In this document: positions 57,776-64,000 of the stretch, in pieces | Layout: the number at the start of each line of letters is the position of its first letter | Numbering within the stretch: the stretch's first letter is position 1 | From: a virus | Direction: 5' to 3' (one strand) | DNA: 64,000 bases | Virus record (IMG/VR): IMGVR_UViG_3300011187_000003 | Location: 1-64,000 of that record | Made by a program: the position numbers and the translations under genes | The notes under the pieces: model-generated | Database searches by the model: none | What the model saw: only the letters and a program-made list of their open reading frames with translations | What the model was told of the DNA's origin: nothing

Positions 57776-60700
57776 ATGAGTAAATTTATTCACTTACATA
57801 ATCATACAGCTAGAGGGTCACTTCTTGACTCTATGGTAAATACAGAAGAGCTGGTGAAAAAGGCTAAAGAACACGACATGCCAGCTATAGCAATCTCTGA
57901 CCATGCTACTTTATCATCTTTTGTAAGGTTTTATAAAGTTTGCAGAGAGCATGATGTAAAACCCATCTTTGGTGTAGAGATGTACATGGTAGATAACATA
58001 AATATTAAAGATAAAGATGAAAAGAAAAACCACTTATTGTTGTTGGCTAAAAACAAGAAGGGTCTTAAAAACTTATTTAAGCTTATCACAATAGGTAATA
58101 AGCACTTCTACAAAAAGCCTAACATAGATTTTGAGACATTAAAGAAACATAAGGAGGGCTTAATCGTCTCTTCTGCATGTCTAGCTGGTAAGGTTTCACA
58201 GCTGGCATTGAGTGAGCAATATAATGAAATGGAAGAGGCTATCAAGAAGTATAAAAATGAGTTTGGTGATGATTTCTATTTGGAAGTTATGGCTAATAAG
58301 ATGGATGACCAAATTCAAGCCAATAAAGTGATTGCTACTGCAAGCAGGAAATTTAATATGCCAACAATTGCTACAAATGACCTACATTATTTAGAGAAAG
58401 ATGATTATGAGACTCATGATGTGTTGTTGGCTGTCCAAACTCGTGCAAAACTAGATGATGAAGATAGGTTCAGATTTTCAGCTAATGAATTTTACTTCAA
58501 GGATTATGAGGAAATGAAGCAGGGGTTATTCAATGGTGAAGAGCAGTTTAATGGTTTCGCTGAACAAGCATTAGCCAACACCCTAGAAGTTGCTGAGAAG
58601 ATAGAGAAGTTTGAAATACAGTTAGGTCAAACTAATTTCCCTGAGTATGAAGTGCCTGAAGGGTATGACCCTGATAGTTACCTAAAAGCAGTTACCCATC
58701 ACAGATTAAAAGACCTTGTGAATAAAAAGGGAGTTGACTATGAGGAGTATAAAGAAAGGCTAGAGTATGAGCTAGACATAATCATAGAGAAGGGTTTTTC
58801 TACATACTTTTTGATTGTAGCTGATGTAATAGGTTGGGGGAAGAAAAATGATATCCTATTCAATTTTGGCAGGGGGAGTGCTGGTTCAAGTCTTGCTTCT
58901 TACCTGCTAGGAATAATTGAAATTGACCCTATAAAATATAACTTGGTATTTAGTAGATTCTTAAACAAAGAGAGGGATTCTGACCCTGATATTGATATAG
59001 ATACAAGCAATGAAGATAGAGAAAGAATTATTAATTACCTGCAAGAGAAATATGGTAAAGAGTATGTAGCACAGATTTGTACTTTTGGTACTATGTCAAT
59101 GAAGGCTGTAATCAAAGATGTTGGTAGAGTAATGGGAATAGACTTTGACATTCTCAATGATGAAATTGTGCCTCTCATTGATGATGATGCAGATGGCTTA
59201 CAAGATGCCTTAGACCAAAGCTATGAGCTACAGAAGTATAAAGAAAGATATCCTGACTTATTTAAGCATGCATTAAAACTTGAAGATATGCCTAGACATT
59301 TCAGTAAGCATGCAGGTGCAGTTGTTGTCTCACCTAAGCCAATTACTGACATAGCACCATTGTCAAAGGTTAAAGGTGACATGATAACTCAAACTGAGAT
59401 GCATGACTCTGAGGATTTAGGGATGCTTAAGATTGACTTCTTAGGGTTAAAAACCTTAGACCTAGTTAAAACTACAATTAAGTTTGTACATAATAGAGAT
59501 GATTTAGATAAGTTTGATTGGATTCCAACTACAAAGAATCTAAAGAACATAAATCTTGAAGATAAAAATGTTTATGAAGGTATTTATAAATCAAAAGATG
59601 TGAGTGGGGTTTTTCAGGTAGAGTCAGATTTATATAGACAGTTGCTTGACAAGATGCAACCTGAAAGCTTTGAGCAAATAATAGCCTTACTTGCTATTGG
59701 TAGACCATCAATACTACAGGCTGACCTAGACCAAACTTATATTGATAGGTTACATGGTCGTGAAGAGCCAGAGTATCCTCATCCTGATTTAAAGGAAGCT
59801 TTAAAACCTACATTTGGTATTATGCTTTATCAGGAGCAGGTACTTGAAACAGCTAGGACTATTGCAGGCTTTAGTTATGGTGAGGGTGATATTTTACGCA
59901 GATTGATTGGGAAAAAGAAGCCTGAAAAACTAAAGAAAATGAAAGATAAATTTGTGAGTGACTCAATAGAGAATGGGTACACAGAAAAATTTGCCAATGA
60001 GATATTTGAGCTAATTGAATACTTTGCTGGTTATGGATTTAATAAATCTCATTCAACAGCCTATGCAAAGTTAAGTTATGTGACAGCATACTTAAAGCAC
60101 TACTTTTCAACAGAGTTTTACGCTTCATTATTAACACTGGAGTCAGATAAGTCTCCTAAAGATAGTAAGATGAATCAGTACATAAGTGAGTGCTATCAAA
60201 AAGAGATTGAGATTAAACCTCCACATATTAATAAAAGTGCTGAAGATTTTAATGTTGTGGATGGAATTATTCGCTTTGGGCTTAGGAGTATTAATCATGT
60301 TGGTGACTCAGCTCTTGAAGTTATCATGGAGAAGAGACCATTTGATGATTTCTTAGACTTCTATGAAAGAACAAACTCAAGAGTGGTCAATAAGACTGTA
60401 GTTGAAGCATTACTGAAGTCAGGAGCTTTTAACTGGTGTGATTATGACAGAAATAGATTAATCCATTGCTATTATGAGTTAAGAGACAATGATATGGTTC
60501 AACAGTATTTAATTCCACAATTTGAGCCAACTACAAAAAAGGATGTAATGATGTATGAAAGAGACTTGCTAAGCTTTTCAATCACCCATCCTTCTAAGTG
60601 GGAACAGGCTCAAACTGGAGATAAAATACTTTATGAAGGAACAATAAGAAACTATAGAGGTCACACTACAAAGGGTAATCATCAGATGGCATTTTTTGAC

Positions 60701-60847
60701 TTAGAGTTTGATGGTGGCATTGTTGATGTGGTTGTGTTCCCTAAGAGATTTTATAAATACAGAGAGAATTTAGAGAATAATAAAGATATTAAAATACTGG
60801 GAGAAAAAACAGAGAATAACTCATTAAAACTAATTGGGGTGAAGTAA
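57776..60847 (+). CDS. dnaE: DNA polymerase III alpha subunit (C family)
   Basis: PHP HLHNHT..SLLD, GRGSAG, PDIDID, KIDFLGL, YQEQ, FNKSHS, OB fold. Confidence 0.97.
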   Translation: MSKFIHLHNHTARGSLLDSMVNTEELVKKAKEHDMPAIAISDHATLSSFVRFYKVCREHDVKPIFGVEMYMVDNINIKDKDEKKNHLLLLAKNKKGLKNLFKLITIGNKHFYKKPNIDFETLKKHKEGLIVSSACLAGKVSQLALSEQYNEMEEAIKKYKNEFGDDFYLEVMANKMDDQIQANKVIATASRKFNMPTIATNDLHYLEKDDYETHDVLLAVQTRAKLDDEDRFRFSANEFYFKDYEEMKQGLFNGEEQFNGFAEQALANTLEVAEKIEKFEIQLGQTNFPEYEVPEGYDPDSYLKAVTHHRLKDLVNKKGVDYEEYKERLEYELDIIIEKGFSTYFLIVADVIGWGKKNDILFNFGRGSAGSSLASYLLGIIEIDPIKYNLVFSRFLNKERDSDPDIDIDTSNEDRERIINYLQEKYGKEYVAQICTFGTMSMKAVIKDVGRVMGIDFDILNDEIVPLIDDDADGLQDALDQSYELQKYKERYPDLFKHALKLEDMPRHFSKHAGAVVVSPKPITDIAPLSKVKGDMITQTEMHDSEDLGMLKIDFLGLKTLDLVKTTIKFVHNRDDLDKFDWIPTTKNLKNINLEDKNVYEGIYKSKDVSGVFQVESDLYRQLLDKMQPESFEQIIALLAIGRPSILQADLDQTYIDRLHGREEPEYPHPDLKEALKPTFGIMLYQEQVLETARTIAGFSYGEGDILRRLIGKKKPEKLKKMKDKFVSDSIENGYTEKFANEIFELIEYFAGYGFNKSHSTAYAKLSYVTAYLKHYFSTEFYASLLTLESDKSPKDSKMNQYISECYQKEIEIKPPHINKSAEDFNVVDGIIRFGLRSINHVGDSALEVIMEKRPFDDFLDFYERTNSRVVNKTVVEALLKSGAFNWCDYDRNRLIHCYYELRDNDMVQQYLIPQFEPTTKKDVMMYERDLLSFSITHPSKWEQAQTGDKILYEGTIRNYRGHTTKGNHQMAFFDLEFDGGIVDVVVFPKRFYKYRENLENNKDIKILGEKTENNSLKLIGVK

Positions 60848-61074
60848 TGGAAGAAGAAGAGCTTGAGAATCTTGAGTACAATATTTATGAAGATATTATA
60901 GAGGATGCTAATAATGGAGATGAGATTGCTTCTTCAAAAATGGTTGCAATCCAAATTGGTAATTTTTATCAAACGCTCCTTGAAGAAGGAGTGGGTGAAA
61001 ACTTAGCCTATGAGTTAACATTTATGTTTGCTAGCCAGCTTATGGGTGTGGAAGATGATGGTATTCCATTCTAA
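60847..61074 (+). CDS. Acidic hypothetical protein
   Basis: Coupled to dnaE stop. Confidence 0.6.
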   Translation: MEEEELENLEYNIYEDIIEDANNGDEIASSKMVAIQIGNFYQTLLEEGVGENLAYELTFMFASQLMGVEDDGIPF

Positions 61075-61084
61075 ATAATGGATA

Positions 61085-61112
61085 ATGTCGCATAATATAA
61101 ATTATATGGACA
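61085..61112. other. Second dif-like site
   Basis: ATGTCGCATAA-TATAAA-TTATATGGACA, intergenic. Confidence 0.55.
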
Positions 61113-61357
61113 TTTAAAATTGATGTTTTATAACTCAAGTTAGCATTATTAAGATATAGGGAGGATTAGAGAGCCTCCCTCCCCTTGATTTTATTGAATG
61201 TGAACTATTAAATAAATCAGCTTAATCTTAGCTGAGAGCTTCTCAAGTGCTAAGAGAGTTTATAATTAGGTTATAGGGGAAAAATTAATATAAATGTGAA
61301 TAAATAAAATACATAGTACAGTAATAAGTTTTTAATAATAATAAGAGGAGAGATAAG

Positions 61358-61549
61358 ATGTCAAAAATAGCAACATTATTAATACTTGCACTTCAAGTTA
61401 TGGGTAGCCTTTCTCTTTTGGGGAAAGCTGTCACTGGTGAGAGAGAGTACAAACATAAAGACTCTTCTGACTTTTATGCTGAATTTATAGTTAGTTTACT
61501 TTGGATAGCTTGGTTGGTAAATATTGCCAGCAAGCTTCAATACATATAA
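61358..61549 (+). CDS. Small membrane protein
   Basis: Two hydrophobic segments, RBS. Confidence 0.6.
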   Translation: MSKIATLLILALQVMGSLSLLGKAVTGEREYKHKDSSDFYAEFIVSLLWIAWLVNIASKLQYI

Positions 61550-61561
61550 GGGGGGTAATTA

Positions 61562-62197
61562 ATGGCAACAGAGGTAAAACCACAAGCAGAACTATTAGAT
61601 TATTTAGGGGATTCAGAATTAAATGTGGCAACATCAGCTAGGTTAACTCATTCTGATAAATCACCTGAAGAAATAAAAGGAGATATGAGTGAAGAGACAA
61701 AAGAGAGAATGGTCAAGTATATGATTGAGCTAGGACATGATTCAACATTAGAAAATTCCTTCTTTTACTTTAAGATTAGATGTTCTAGGGTTGCTAGTCA
61801 CCAGCTAGTGAGACATAGAATAGGGGTGAGCGTGGCACAGCGTAGTCAACGCTATGTAGAAGAAGATGATTTTGAGTTTATTGTTCCACCAACAATTAAA
61901 GGGAATAAAGCAGAATATGAAATGTTTATAGACCATATGGAATATAGTCGTAACCTCTATCAGCACTATAGAAGTGTTGGTATTCCAAAGGAGGATGCAA
62001 GGTTTATTCTGCCACAAATAGCAACCTACTTAACAGTAGGGTTTAACGCTAGAGCATTGAGACATTTTCTAAAGTTAAGACTTGATAAAACAGCTCAATG
62101 GGAAATTCGCCAGCTGGCAGAACAAATACTGAAGCAAGTTAAAGAAGTAACACCAAACTTATTCCATGACCTTGAATTACAGGAGGAGAATAATTAA
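61562..62197 (+). CDS. thyX: Flavin-dependent thymidylate synthase
   Basis: GHDS.LE, SR...HQLVRHR......SQRY, EDAR, AQWEIR. Confidence 0.95.
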   Translation: MATEVKPQAELLDYLGDSELNVATSARLTHSDKSPEEIKGDMSEETKERMVKYMIELGHDSTLENSFFYFKIRCSRVASHQLVRHRIGVSVAQRSQRYVEEDDFEFIVPPTIKGNKAEYEMFIDHMEYSRNLYQHYRSVGIPKEDARFILPQIATYLTVGFNARALRHFLKLRLDKTAQWEIRQLAEQILKQVKEVTPNLFHDLELQEENN

Positions 62198-63343
62198 ATG
62201 GGGCAAAAAACATATACAGTCTTAGACACAAGTGTTCTTTTAGATAATCCTAATGTTTTATATGAAGTAGACAATCCACTCGTTCCATACTGTGTTCTTA
62301 GTGAGGTTGATGACAAAAAGACTCATAAGTATGTTGGGTTTAAAGCTAGAGAAGTTGTTAGAACTATACTAGGCTCAGATAGGATTGAATGTACTGAGCT
62401 AGATGTATCTGCTAAAGAAACAGATGATAGATTAGTTAGAGTTTCAATTGAGGACAACATGAGAATTATTACTAATGATGGCGCATTGCATATGAAGGCA
62501 GTAGCAATTAGTGGAGATTCTACATATTATGACTTAGAAGATGTTGAGCAATATACAGGAGTGAAAAAAGTTTCATTCCCTGCAGAAACAGTTAATAGAT
62601 TGCACGACAACCATCAGGCAAGTAATCCTTTTGATGATTTATATCAGAATCAATTTGTAACAGATGGAAGGATGATAGCAAGGCACTATGAAGATGTCTT
62701 ATATCTTGTAGGGAGGAATACAACAGTCAGAGGTATTAATGCTTTAAATGATAGGCAGTTAATGGCAACAGATTTAATTTACGACCCACTGGTAACAGTT
62801 GTGTCTATGCTAGGGTCAGCTGGAACAGGTAAAACTAGCTTGGCTATTAATGGAGCTATGGACTTAGTTCAGAGTAACTCTTTTGAAAAGATAATCATAA
62901 GTCGACCCAAAATACAAAAAGGTGTCAATGAAGAAAAGCTAGGGTATTTATCAGGTGGTATTGAGGAAAAGTTATCACCATTCCTACAGCCATTCTTTGA
63001 TAACCTAAGTAAAGATAATAGTCTTAACCTAATTGAAACTGAGCCACTTAGTATGGTGCAAGGTAGAGACTTAGAAAATAGTATTTGGATAATCACAGAG
63101 TTTCAGGATGTTAGACCACAAGATGTAGATGGTATTGTGGAAAGAGTTGGAAAAGGAAGCAAGTTAATTGTAGAAGGTGATATCAACCAAACATCAAGAA
63201 GCTACTTAAATAAATTTAATAATGGTTTGCTGTTTTTGGCAAATAACCTAAAAGAATCAGAGTTAACTAGTACAGTAACATTGGATGAAGTAATGAGAAG
63301 TGAGACAGCTAAGTTAGGTAAGCAATTAAGGGAGTGTAGATAA
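62198..63343 (+). CDS. phoH: PhoH-family ATPase with N-terminal PIN domain
   Basis: LDTSVLL PIN; GSAGTGKT, LGYL.G, GR, GD..Q, RS. Confidence 0.9.
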   Translation: MGQKTYTVLDTSVLLDNPNVLYEVDNPLVPYCVLSEVDDKKTHKYVGFKAREVVRTILGSDRIECTELDVSAKETDDRLVRVSIEDNMRIITNDGALHMKAVAISGDSTYYDLEDVEQYTGVKKVSFPAETVNRLHDNHQASNPFDDLYQNQFVTDGRMIARHYEDVLYLVGRNTTVRGINALNDRQLMATDLIYDPLVTVVSMLGSAGTGKTSLAINGAMDLVQSNSFEKIIISRPKIQKGVNEEKLGYLSGGIEEKLSPFLQPFFDNLSKDNSLNLIETEPLSMVQGRDLENSIWIITEFQDVRPQDVDGIVERVGKGSKLIVEGDINQTSRSYLNKFNNGLLFLANNLKESELTSTVTLDEVMRSETAKLGKQLRECR

Positions 63344-63507
63344 TGTTTAAAATACTTTTATCGTTAATTAGTTATACAATTGAAGGTGGATTTTTTACTT
63401 TGGTCGCTATGTCTATTACACAGGGTGACTGGTGGTATACATTCAGCTTCTCCACTTTATTAGTCTTTTGGTCAATTGCAATTTATTTTGCAATCACAGG
63501 GGAGTAG
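63343..63507 (+). CDS. 54-aa membrane protein (not in ORF track)
   Basis: TAATG coupling to phoH, two hydrophobic segments. Confidence 0.5.
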   Translation: MFKILLSLISYTIEGGFFTLVAMSITQGDWWYTFSFSTLLVFWSIAIYFAITGE

Positions 63508-63516
63508 ATATTATAA

Positions 63517-64000
63517 ATGACTGAGACAGGAGAGATTATAATAGATATAAAAGAAAATGGAGAAAATCGTTACAATGACCTATGGGAACAAGTTAAGAGG
63601 TTAGTTTTTAGTATTGCCTTTGACTACGCAAGGAAGTATGATTTTGAGTTTGATGATGTGAAGCAAAATGCTTATATAGCTTGGAAGAGTTTGTCAGAAG
63701 GTTTTAGTATGAATAAGATGACAGAAGGGAACATTGAATCCAACTACATAAGTTACATAAATAAGTATTTACCTAAAAGACTACATAATTATGCTGAAGA
63801 TTACTCAATGTTTAATGATTGGAAGATTATGTCTTATGACCAATTTAGTGACCCTTGCTTCCTTTCAGATGAACTTGTTGATGAAGGACATGGGGAATTA
63901 GATGATACAGTTATAATGACCATTGAGAATAACCTAGATAAGTTGACTGAGAAAGAAAAAGAAACTTACTTCTTGCTGAAGGAAGGATATAGGCAGGTGG
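63517..64000 (+). CDS. Second sigma-70-like factor, 3'-truncated
   Basis: Manual translation: YNDLWEQVKRLVFSIA...FDDVKQNAYIA...LDKLTEKEK...LL.EGY. Confidence 0.6.
   Translation, partial: MTETGEIIIDIKENGENRYNDLWEQVKRLVFSIAFDYARKYDFEFDDVKQNAYIAWKSLSEGFSMNKMTEGNIESNYISYINKYLPKRLHNYAEDYSMFNDWKIMSYDQFSDPCFLSDELVDEGHGELDDTVIMTIENNLDKLTEKEKETYFLLKEGYRQV

Noticed and set aside
1-64000. tRNA or rRNA genes; many antisense ORFs in the track
   Set aside because: No cloverleaf or rRNA-like sequence recognised by eye (tRNAscan-SE not run); antisense ORFs shadow well-supported genes and lack RBSs

Overview
Contiguous ~64 kb segment of a large, AT-rich tailed dsDNA phage, probably temperate or plasmid-like and infecting an anaerobic Firmicute. 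The acidic proteome and a spanin-like gene pair hint at a halophilic, diderm host such as Halanaerobiales (inference). Order: end of tail genes (1-2593); a Cys-repeat protein plus three radical SAM genes (2680-7248); lysis cassette (7.6-9.9 kb); minus-strand block with a ParM/ParR-like partition pair, dUTPase, intein-containing class II RNR, FTR-like protein, GH13 alpha-amylase, RecU, exonuclease, primase, DnaB, Sak4, replication initiator and sigma factor (9.9-32.9 kb); XRE repressor, RecJ, Xer-like recombinase; two divergent arrays of promoter-RBS-small ORF cassettes centred near 45 kb; a six-DnaA-box cluster and a dif-like site (49.1-49.4 kb); plus-strand block with dNMP kinase, DnaE, ThyX, PhoH and a second sigma factor. 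The most striking feature is the 496-aa protein with 74 Cys in a SCIFF-like C(E/Q)xx register plus an (HSD)8 tract, followed directly by three radical SAM enzymes, between tail and lysis genes. It looks like a phage-encoded RiPP-type crosslinking system acting on a possibly virion-associated protein. All product calls come from motifs recognised by eye; no searches were run.
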